Made by a program: the position numbers and the translations under genes. The notes below the pieces were generated by a model. The model did not search any database. It was given only the letters and a program-made list of their open reading frames with translations, and was not told the origin of the DNA. 64,000 nucleotides of DNA from NCBI GenBank assembly GCA_002633005.1, contig NMRA01000118.1, positions 28,140-92,139 of the forward strand, read 5' to 3'. This document shows, piece after piece, positions 52,871-64,000 of this stretch (within the stretch, counting starts at the first letter, position 1; the number at the start of each line of letters is the position of its first letter). This stretch comes from Phoronis australis. Its lineage: Eukaryota; Animalia; Phoronida.

Positions 52871-54922
52871 TAAGTGAATAGATGCATCTTGTAGATCTCT
52901 AGAATAAACCCACGTAAAACCGTAACACAGAGTTGTGTTTGAAAGAGGTTTTCATACAGTCTGCTACAATAATCTTACAGATCTACGTCAAAAATTGCGG
53001 CCTCTATGAGCATTTGAATCTGAATTCGAAAACAAAGTGGCCACCACGTCCGTCATCTGGATTCCGATCAAGACGAAAAACAAAAGGCTTCCAGCCATTC
53101 GTGAGACACATGTTGTGTGTGAATTTTAAGAATTGTGATCAGCAGCGTGCAAACAAGAAACAAACAAAGACAAACAACAACAAAAGAAATACAAATTTTA
53201 TGACAAAGCAACATACTAGGAGAAATTTCATTTCACCAAGCAATAAACAAGTGTGAGTGGGTTGCTGTCAACATTAACATTGTCTAAGGCTTTTATTTAC
53301 TGCCTTGGTTTAGCCAATAATTTCCTTCAGCTTGTGTAACTTTCTAATGTGTCCGCTTACAATTTAAGAACATTAACAAATAACTCACACGCGGCTGCGC
53401 ATCCTCATTAAAGTTAATTAGTCACTAAATAGACGGAAATACACACTCCGGCATTTGACACCGCACAAATACACCTGTAAGGTAATTCCTCTGTGGCACA
53501 CAAGCAATAACAATTGTGACGTATTTGTTTTTCAAATTGCCTCGTTGCAAATAATATCCAAGATACTGATGACTGAAGTTTTTCTTTATCTTCGTCTTTG
53601 CCTTTGCCAAGTAATTTGACAAAACGTTTCATTTTCAGTGGTGCCTTCAACGTGGTTCACGTTAGTGTTTCGTACATTACAATGAACAAAGCCCTCCAAG
53701 ATGCCTAAAAAAGTTTCACAATTAACTTTAACAGGTTATCCCAATATTGAAATGTAATTACAGGTAAGTTGAAACAAGGATTCGGCAACTTTGGTTTTGA
53801 AGGGTTTGGAATTGAAATTAGACGGGATTTTTTGACATTTTACAAACATTTCCACAATAGCGTCGAGTTTATTTGTATTTGAAGGTCAAAGTTTCAGACT
53901 TTCAAACTGCGGACATCAATTATTCACAATTCCAGCGGTCATTGTTAAAAAATACAAGGACAGGCGAGGATTTCTGTACCCAGATCAAAACCCATGATTT
54001 GTTTCGACGTACAACGAACATGTACGAGACTTGTTTTAATTTTAATTTTAACCGTCTTATTCGCCAACCTCAGGCCCAGCAACTTTAAGAGGCATTTTAC
54101 AATTATCACCAGTTTCACTGTTCACTTATTGAGGGGCAATTGTAAACTCACCCCACATTGCTCTGGCTTATACGGATTTTACTTTACATCTAATACAAGA
54201 ACATGATGTACTTTTGAGAAAATATTCCGGTTTAATACTTTTTTCCCATTCTAAGAAAATAATACTTGATATTGCATTTGCAAAAATTTACAATCCTTGC
54301 CAAACGTTACGTACTTAGTTGGGGAAGTTTTCGGAAACACGAGAGTTCTAGATCGCCCATATGTAGATTTACTAGATAATCAACCAATCGCGTAGTACTC
54401 TACGAGTAAACTTACAAATTATGTAATATATGTTGATCAACCTAGTTGAGATCTAATTCGGACTTCGGAGTAAAGTTTGGGTTTTGGACCACGGTGAAAA
54501 CACAAAAGAAACCCGGGGCCGGATGTAATCTCAGACTCGAACTATAGCCGCAATGCTGGGGTCATCAAGTGCAAACCAGGATCAGATTGTTATTGAAGTA
54601 CATGTAAGGCATTACGTAATCAAGCATAGAAAAATAAACACGTATCTTGAGTTTGACGAAAAGTAGAATAGAAAATGCCAAAAATATTTTGCTTTCGATT
54701 TCAAGTAAAAGGATACTTAGACATTGGTCCAAGGAGTGCATCCTGCAAGCAAGGCTCATGGTAGTTTGGCGAGATCACAAACGTCACGTGAGTGAAAGAC
54801 TAGTTTTTCACGAGTAAGCACGCAACCTTGCTCTCATGTACTAGCAAATAAGAAATTAGAAGGTAAATTGCGGAAGATAACCGTAAGTAAGCACACCGAT
54901 TTTCGTGGCAAGGTTTATGACC

Positions 54923-55035
54923 CATGAGCGGCGCAGCACTGACAAAAGTGGGGGGCTATAGCCCCCAGCCCCCTGTGGTGCACCGTCTAAGGACCATGGG
55001 CGACGCAGCACTGAAAAAAGCGGTGCTCCGCCATG
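54923..55035. mobile_element. Dimeric MITE, same family as 35410-35554, 5-bp TSD (TGACC)
   Basis: tgacc|catgagcggcgcagcactga...ggac catgggcgacgcagcactgaaaaaag...ccgccatg|tgacc. Confidence 0.85.
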
Positions 55036-58000
55036 TGACCTCAAGTGTCTAGCGAGTGTTTTGCGTCACAGAACGCACCCCTGAAGACCAATGCTTCTCA
55101 GGCGCTAGAAACTAACGTACGTGTACAGTCTAATGTCATATGCGTAAGTAGACAATAAAAGTAGGAACAGATATGACAAGCAAGCGAAACTACAGAGAGA
55201 CATGACTGGCAGCTCATAGACACAACAAGACAACTTACTGTAGACGTCTGGTTACAGGATCAATAAAGCAGCAAATGAATATATGAGGCTCATTCCGGGT
55301 TAATCTCAGTAGGCCAGTCTTTGAACTGATAGACAAGTTAATTCAAAACTACGATATTCTATTGTCGATTAAAATCCTCTTATTCTAGAGAAACAAAATG
55401 GCCATTTTTATGGTGTAATATTATTATTTCAATTAGCAGTTTGAAATGGCGATTCAAAACATCGATCACAAATAAAACTATTAAAACGCCACTTATGTGG
55501 TTTGTAAAATATTTCAACAAGCTTTTACTGACTGCATTACAACAACAAAATACTTACGGGACGTGAGATTCGCTGTAAAGAGCAAGTAATCAAATAAAAA
55601 CAAGTAACTATAGACGAGTTTAACAAACTGTGAACCTAGTTCTACCTTCCTCTTACACGTGGCTAGAACTACAAATCTAAAGTAGTTCCATATTACCCTT
55701 ACTTTGGTAGTATCTTTTTACGCCTGTCTTGGTAAAGTATGTTGACAAATTAACATTTCTATTAACGGCAAAGAAAGCCTTCTTCAGTATTGCCCGGTTT
55801 GATAGATCTAATGTTGATGGTATGGACATTGTGCACGTTTGTACTTAATTAATAACCCTTATCTTACATGCATTTTGGTTTTTAAATTTATACAGATGGT
55901 TACTGTATGACACGCGTCGTTTGGTTATATCGTTGAGACCAGGATTAACAACGTAGCACAAATAGTCTATGGGCGCAGCAATTTTTGGGGCCTTGCGCTC
56001 ATATCAATTTTAGAGGCACCAGTACCATAAACGTATACATGTTTCTACGCCCATGGAAGCACCTCGCAGGTTCCCTGCGTCCTGCTAGATGGTAGCCAGC
56101 ACGCAGGTATCACTTAATTTTCCTCGGGAATTTTTTTTATACCGCCGTTTCTAATTGGCTGGTCGAATTCTCAGCAGGCAGCGCTTTACGCAAACAAACT
56201 GGCATGACTGATGGAGGAAATGTAAATGTGGTCTGTTGTACAGACAAGTCGGTGCTTAAAATTCATGTTAAAGAAGTTAAAGAAATGTGAATCCCTTAAA
56301 ATTGTGGTTGCACCTTTTCGGATTGCATCTTTCTACTGTCGCTGACTTTTCATTTACGTTACTGTCCTGTATTCATACAGTGTGAATAACATACTAGTGA
56401 AATCGGCCAGATGACGGCGTCTTTATTGTACATGTATGTGCTTCAAGCACGCAGCTATTAAACATTTGGCCTACTGCACAGACGAAATAGTTGCTGCTAC
56501 GCCACTTGCATGACAAGGTTAAAATCGTTCATAGTCCGCCATTTTTTTCACTTTGTGGTAAAGCTAACCAATGGCTGCCGAGGTTACATCAACTAATGAT
56601 AAAGCGCGTGCTGACTACCACCTAGCGGGATGGGGCACCGCTATTTTCAATATCTGCAGTGTCGATACGATGTTTATTGCGTCTTTAGATCGGAATTTGT
56701 CCGTACACAGAACGTAAAATCTTCGGAGTAATGAAGTTCGGGAATAAAGGCCCTTCGGAGTAACAACCCGAACGCGACTACCGTGTATAAGTGCTGTGTC
56801 GTATATAAATATGCATTTTTACTTGAGGATAATTTTAATATTTGACAAGGTGGGAAAACTCATTTCATGAGTTTTGGCAACTGCCACCTGTGGCGTAAGG
56901 TGAAAAGAATCGCTATGTCTTTGTACATCTTTGCGGAGCGGCACCAAAAATTATTGACTGCTGCGGTTTTGGAAATCAGGTTTGCACGCAAACGTTGATG
57001 AGCGATTCATATCTGTAGTCAATCACGGTTAAGAGGAAACATATGTCGCAATGCCCGACAGACTGAAGTTAAGCATCACTTTCAAACTCTGGAAGCAGCC
57101 GTGTACACGACTTGGTGAGGTCCCATTTTATTTAATTTGTTCATATAACAGGCATCTTGTATTGCATCATACAGAAATGTTTCTTTTTCGGGCTGCGGAA
57201 TTATCGTTTTTATACTGAGGTATGTGATCTTGCTCGAAAGTTTGAAATGAGACTGGTGATTTTTCAGTCAATCTCATTTGCTATATGTGTCTGTAGTCTG
57301 TATTCCACTTTCAAGTGATTATGAAGGAATTGCCATCTCTTGTACACGGAACCAACAGCGCATGGCACAGAGAGAAAACGAATGCGAGCTTACGATGACA
57401 TTTATGGTTCCGGCAATCTCGACGCAATTGTTACGGGATTTAAAACTAGCGTGCTTTAGTTCTTATTCATAGCTTGGTTGCTGCTCTGTCAAAACACCAA
57501 GAAGACTTGGAAGAAAGTCTCAGTGATGAGCTCGTGCAGTTTTGTTAACTGTTGAAAAACGACCTAGGTGGTAACATTGGCAGGTAAAGCAGCCTAGTAG
57601 AGGTGCAAATGTATCGACTATCTGGAGGCTGAAGTCGTCTTTAAAATCTACCTGTCTCTCATGGTTTTTAATTGCTGCGGAAAACACTCATTACTCAGAA
57701 GAAACATGGGACAGATGAAATTGAACACCCACGCACTTATGAGTATTGAACAGGAACTTTTACGCAACACTGACGTTTCATTTATTATTGACAACTTCAC
57801 TACTGCGAAGTGCATAAAATGTCCACTGTAAGCCGAACGAATAAATACACATAAGTCAAGCTCCAACGCAGACAATAAGCTGCAAGCTGAGTTGTGTGCC
57901 TCAAGTGGACGCTAGCTGAGCCGACATCTCATATTGCTGTTGCATTTTTCACGCCTGAGTGTGACCTTTTATCTCAGCTATGGCTCACTTCAATTAGACA

Positions 58001-58101
58001 ACTCAGCTAGTATCTCATCGTTTGTGATAGCCAGAAATGTGTTTAAAAACGAGGACCCCGCACTTCGACTTATGCTACGGACCCCGCAGTAGCTGACTTT
58101 C

Positions 58102-58401
58102 GAAATAGCCGTGCCGTATTGAAAATTCACTATCCCGCCAGACGGTGATCACGTCTTTGGTGCACAAGCGTTCAGCGCTACCTACAGTTCCCATGTACTG
58201 CTGACGAGAAGTTTCAATCTAGTGGTACAAACAGTGTTTAACACCTTTGCTGCTATCATAATGCAGGCAAACGTTCATTGATGTGCGGTGGGATACATTA
58301 ATGGCTTAGGGAAAATATCCATAGATGAAGGACGTCATGTCCCATACATGTACATTTCCCATTGCAATGAAGAATCCACTGCTGCAAAGTCGGTGGCTGC
58401 G
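58102..58401 (+). repeat. Dispersed repeat, copy 2 of 35056-35364
   Basis: Colinear similarity to 35056-35364. Confidence 0.8.
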
Positions 58402-59075
58402 ACTGATAGAGCGGTAGAATTTCCATCCTAATCAATGTCAAATAGCTAAATTAACTAGTCCGCCACGCTGTATTTCAGCGACCAATCGACGAATTTTTAG
58501 ATTTTTAAGCAACTTGACAGCCATTCCATGAAAAAAATCAAAAGAAAAAACATCACTCTAAGTTCATATTCCAGATTCGTTTTCATCTTCGCTTATGTGA
58601 CGATGTTGTATATGGAATACAAAAAACACAATTTTTGTGCTTGTTGACTCCTTAGTTTTTTACCTAAAAGTCTTTAAGTATTGACGAAAAAATGGCACAG
58701 CAATTGTCAAGTTTAAAAAACAGGTACATTGCATGCAATGAGAAAAAAGGAATTAGGAAGTAATGCAAAAGGTCTTACAAATAAAATTGCAAATTAACAA
58801 TTTTGCATCGTTCATACTGTGACAGAGAAGACAAATCTGATGGCATTCTTTTGAACAGTTGAAAGTGAGTGTCACTTCAATTATCCCATATGTCAGTTTG
58901 CAAGGAAAGTAGACAACAACAAATGAAGCAAAAATGGATGAGTCGGGATCCAAAATATTCATGATGCTGTACTTCAAAAAATTCAAAAAAAAACGTTTGA
59001 ACACGTCTCACCATGATGAACCAACATTCAGATATCTTGAAAATCGAGTCCTTGACACTTGATACTCTCGTGGAA

Positions 59076-60042
59076 CAGTGGCGGATCTAGGATATCACAA
59101 GGGGGGGCCCAACATCTTGTCCAGCTGTAACCATTTGCGCAAACCACGATTGTAGATGCGCATAGCACCGAATGGGGGGAGGTCGGGAGGGGGGTTTGCC
59201 CAGGAAATTTTTCTGTTTTTTCCTCTAAAAATTAAGCATTTTCCTTGATTTCTGATGTATTATCCAAGAAAAAAAGGAAAAAGAAAACACAGGAAAAATT
59301 GCATCTTTCACAGACTCGAACTCACGACCTGGTTGATAGGACGCGCGTGCTTTGCCACTACACCACCACGATTTCACTAACACAATGAAACTAATAGACC
59401 TACTTGTTAATGGTCCTACTTCTTTTTGTTATGCTTATTACACGTTTTATATTTTGTGCAATCGGTTCTTAACAAATTTGTTGTATTTAAAATAGTCTTC
59501 AAATGCCCAAAAGACCAAATCCGTTTTTCGTGTTGGCAATAATGACGGGATTGCTTTGGAAATCGTCTTAAGTTAAGGTTTGACAAAGAGAGAATTAATG
59601 AGTTTCTGAGTGATTCACTAAGGCTTCGATTAAAATTCACATCTTACCAGCAGCTTCTGTTTTTTCATCGTCACTCAGGTTCCATTTTCTTTAAAAATGA
59701 AGTAAATTTTCTCCATTGCACAGTGGAGCAGACGATGGAAACGGGGTCGCAGTGCGCAGCGCCACTGCCGGTCGCCTGGGATATCGCGGGAGAGCTTATA
59801 CTTAGCCATAGTTCCGTTACGAATGCGCCGTGTTCCGAATTTGACACTTGAAATTGGATCTGAGCCCCCCCCACAAACACTAAAACTGCACACATTTAAA
59901 TCTTTTTTCATCTGCATAATTTTTATTACCGGGGCAAATTAATAAACTCAACGTTTCCCTACGCTCTTGCTGTTTTATTTTTTTGCGCCAGCCAAGGGGG
60001 GGGGCCCGGGCCCCCTGGGCCCCCCCCCTAAATCCGCCTATG
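59076..60042. mobile_element. Non-autonomous TIR element with 5-bp TSD (TGGAA), containing a tRNA-like segment (59301-59370, -)
   Basis: tggaa|cagtggcggatctagg...cctaaatccgcctatg|tggaa; G/C-run subterminal motifs as in 28627-28865. Confidence 0.85.
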
Positions 60043-61344
60043 TGGAATACTACTCAAAACCCTGTTCTATTTTGCGATTGGCAAATACTTGGAGGAATTA
60101 TCGTCTTAAGCAACACACATTATAACCCATCGTATCATTCTATGCAGTAGACCGTTGTTTGTTTAAAATGTCGTGCGTGAACTTATATTGAATTCAGTGA
60201 TGAGTGGTTACATTGGATGTAAGATGCATATGGTTTTAAGAGACTTAAAAATAGTTCCATCGCCTTAAAACTCCGTTCGAAAGGACGAGGGTTGGATTTA
60301 GAGGGAAATACATGACACAAGCTTATGTACACTGTACATGAAAACGTCGTGCGGCAGATGACGAATGTTGTATCGAATGAGCTTCCTTTAAAAATGGTGT
60401 GTTTTAAAAAGCACAACTTTTGTGCAATAGCTTAATCAAATGAACTGTGATGCCTTAATGTAGGTTTGCATTCATCAAGTGGTTTACATTTTACGGTTAT
60501 TTAAAAACTAATGTGACACTAGAATCTGGGAGGCATTAACGGGTCCAAAAGACTTTTGACTATGGTGACATGCTGATGACTCAGTGGTAAAGCAGAAGGT
60601 AGGTACCGAGATCAAATGACAATGAGAATTCCATTACTTGACAAAAAATGTTATCTAGAACGGCGCTACCATAATAACGGTCAATTGAAATAATGAGCGG
60701 TCAGTATTGAGGGTTATTGACTCCGAAATAAGATAAGTTTATAACTTAGTTATCTAAAATACTAATGTGGTTGAAAACAAATACAATGCAAATTTAAAGC
60801 CCACTGCAACTTCAAAGGAATTTTGTTATTTTAGACGTATTTGGCTAACCAGGTGCTCCTAGCAAAGCCTAAGTAAAATAAGAAACACGAGTTTAATCAC
60901 GCAAATAATAGGTCGAGCTGCCTTTTCGCGTCATATTGCGTCACCACCAGATCCCTACACAAACAACAAAAGGTCGATAACGGTTGTATTGAATAGGGGT
61001 CTGACTAGAACACCATTGCGCACGGGTGTTATTTGCTGCTGTTTGAATTAAAAGGTGATTCTCGCAGTGACATAGACAAAAGCGAACCAATACGCCTGAC
61101 AGTTCGTTACATTTGACAATTTATGGCACTAGTTGGCTCAAAGCGATGCTCTTAATATACTGTAGGATCCAAATTTACAAGTGTTACCGTTCAAGATAGG
61201 CGTTAAGGTGGCATTGAAATCAACTTTTTAATATACAAAACGGCAATATTGTGGGGGAAAATTACTTCACTCGTCAAAAAAAAATATTTATACCACTTAT
61301 CGTTGTGAGATTGATCTCAAATTGTTCTTTGGTCAAAATAAGTG

Positions 61345-61448
61345 TGATTCCTGGACTTGGAAAGAACTGACAGTTGTTTATATTTTTTCAGACCAAGCTC
61401 TGGTCTGAAGAAATAAACAACTATCAGTCCTTCTGAGACCAGAGATCT
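61345..61448. repeat. Imperfect palindrome (hairpin)
   Basis: actga.agttgtttat...ttcagacca / tggtctgaa...ataaacaact.tcagt. Confidence 0.7.
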
Positions 61449-62726
61449 CTTATGAACTGAGTAAGCTACAAGACAACCCCCGGCAATGTTATAACGATAA
61501 GTGGCCTAAATCAGAACTTGTTTTGGGAAGAATGCAAGGGCTATAATGCCGAGTTGAAATATATACATTACTAGGCGAATTTACTGAAATTCTGTGGCCA
61601 AAATGACTGCATTTCGACCTGTTTAGCTGGCTAAATAAAACGAAAAAAAAAATCGAATTAGGCTTTTACTCTCATGAAGTCGGTCTCGCAATCGTCGTTT
61701 CCTTGATAGGATTCTTTTTCCACTACAAACACGAACATTGAAACCACAAGTGACTCAAGAAAACGCTTTACAGTTTATTGGGATTGGCCAACCCCATAAC
61801 TGCGAATTCAAAAATGACTCATGCACCCATTGCCTGTACTTTGAGTTAGTAACGGAAATAGAATCCTATCATGGTCAGTATATTATGAGACCGATTTTAT
61901 GAGATTCCTAATTCGATTTTCGAATTTTTAGCCAGTCAAACAGTGCAGAATACAACTCTAAAGAAGTATCTTATACTCACTTGTCTAAGACGCAAACCAA
62001 ACATATTTCGTGAGCACGGCACTGAAAAAGAAAAAAATGGCTTTATCGCTAACAACCATGGCCTTAGCAGTACAGAGTAGAATACTGGTTTAAGGTTAAC
62101 CAACTCCAAGACAGATTTTAGTGTGTAAAAATGCAACGCTAAAATATCCTATTCTTGGCCCATTATAGGCACAGTAGTTTCCACGCGATTTGGGTGAAAA
62201 CACTACCGTCGGTCAAATTTCGAAATAACGCTGTGTTCCTCGGGTCAATCAGTCTGTTTATTATCATTGCCATTATCAACGTGTCATCATGAATGCCATT
62301 ATTAATGTGTCCTTATCAATGTCATTATCATTATAAGTAGCAATGCTGTTACGTCCTTATCAACGTCAATGTCATGGTCAGTGTCAGCAATACGATCATA
62401 TGAATATCGTTAGTATTACTTGGTGAAATGAAATTTCGGTCAGTATGCTCCTCTGTCGTGAAGATTTCTTGCTGCTCTTTTGTTCTTTGTACGCACGCTA
62501 CATGTGGTGTTTTTGTCTGCTCAACATCGGATTTACTGACCCCACTTTTTGAGATTTTCTAACAACCGTTCTTTTTGATCGATCATTCCAAACTTGGCTT
62601 TCTCGTCGGTTAACCCACTTGTATGATACATTGTTTTGTATCATATCCCCGTACGCGAGCAGCGTAAAACGGCCAGTTGTCTATTTGCTCGAATGAACGA
62701 TGGATTGTTCGAAAAAAGGTTGATTG

Positions 62727-62940
62727 CGGGAGTATTTGTTGGAGCTGGGAAAAGTTAAAGACATGAACGGCCTCCTAAGGTGTCTCTCTATGTGGACAAA
62801 AACGGCTTCCTAAGGAAAAAGGTTCTTATAATAACAGTGGCTTTGATGGTTTAATTAGTGTACGGCATAATTCGCCGAAAAGCTTCCGGTGCATGGAGGG
62901 CCTATGGGATGGCCACCGTCTCTACTGGGGCCAGTTAAGG
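62727..62940 (+). repeat. Dispersed repeat, copy 2 of 52664-52870
   Basis: Shared blocks with 52664-52870. Confidence 0.75.
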
Positions 62941-63783
62941 CCGCGGCACTGTTTACATAACACCAGGCAAAGGAACTTGCTCCACACTAAGTTTTGTCAC
63001 AAAATCCATTAAAAACGCCCTAAGTATCGTTTTGCTGACCTAAATAATCTTCTAATGTTTGTCTTTGACAAGATTTGTACACTTTCTCTAATTAATTTTT
63101 TAAATAAACGTTGCTATTGTGCGTATCGTACTGCTTGCTTCATTTCCAACTGCCGTGGCTGTACAAGTAATTCTGTATAAGAAGTCAATAAAGTTTTTAA
63201 ATCACGATGTTAAGATTTTCTGTTCATTAAGTTTGCCATATTCACTTAAAGTGGAACTTGCACGCTAATTCCTTATTTCTGTGATAGCTTGCCCAAACAT
63301 ATAGCGACGATGTGAATACGAAGTAAGTCGAACTTTGTCAAATGTTTTTAAAAACGAGTTTTGTGTCGAAATTGATCCGCCGTAAATCACTCAACCGTGT
63401 CCATTTAGTTTCCTGACGTGCTGTTGGGGAATAACACTGCATGGTGCGGCTAGGTGAGCCCCCAAGGTACGTCGTTAGTGCAAAGGTCACCTACTAGCAG
63501 AATTTTTTGTTTTACCATTTATAAGTTGTCATTGAATACAACTGCACTTGGTTTAGCCTAGGTGATGTCCAAATGTACATGTATTGTCGTTTAGTTCCAG
63601 CCATACATGTACATTAGTATAGCTAAGAGCATGCAAATACATCATTAAACTCGTTATTCATTTATAATTATCTCTGAATTATTTTCGAGAGACTCTAAGA
63701 TCAGTAGGCTACACAATCATTTCCAAGGCTTTTTATGAACCAAACATATATTCATTGTTACACCATCAGAAATAAAGCAAGCA

Positions 63784-64000
63784 ACTACTATTACTACTAT
63801 TATTACTACTGCTGGTGCTGCTACTGCTACTGCTACTGTTGGTGCTGCTACTGCTACTGCTACTGCTACTGCTACTACTGCTACTACTACTGCTACTGCT
63901 ACTGCTACTACTACTACTACTACTACTGCTACTACTACTACTACTACTGCTGCTACTACTACTACTACTACTGCTACTGCTACTGCTACTGCTGCTACTA
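63784..64000. repeat. (CTA/CTG)n trinucleotide microsatellite running off the window end
   Basis: Continuous cta/ctg/tta triplets. Confidence 0.97.

Noticed and set aside
53414-53650. Minus-strand ORF MKRFVKLLGKGKDEDKEKLQSS as a first coding exon
   Set aside because: Weak donor (gtatct) and no downstream exon I could link, partly because of the gap; left unresolved
55968-56055. Short element tatgggcgcag...ctacgcccatg resembling the 5-bp-TSD MITEs
   Set aside because: Termini are degenerate and no TSD is visible

Overview
Eukaryotic, intron-rich animal genomic DNA. A marine invertebrate such as a hemichordate or echinoderm is my inference from repeat style and gene structure; it is not proven. 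The window holds: (1) the last four coding exons and 3' UTR of a PCSK7/PC7-like proprotein convertase (+, 1645-5073); (2) a complete RASEF/Rab45 gene (+, EF-hand + coiled coil + Rab GTPase, C-terminal CC) whose shared exons 26507-33927 join in frame. This gene has two paralogous, mutually exclusive EF-hand first coding exons (11726-12072 and 18393-18949, giving about 720 and 790 aa) and one GC-AG intron. A possible third, EF-hand-less first exon lies at 7008-7102; (3) a tentative spliced minus-strand orphan gene at 37786-40607; (4) many non-autonomous DNA transposons (TTA, TTAA, 8-bp and 5-bp target duplications), tRNA-derived repeats, a foldback element, microsatellites and a 958-N assembly gap. 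Gene identities come from motif recognition and recalled human orthologue sequences, not database searches.
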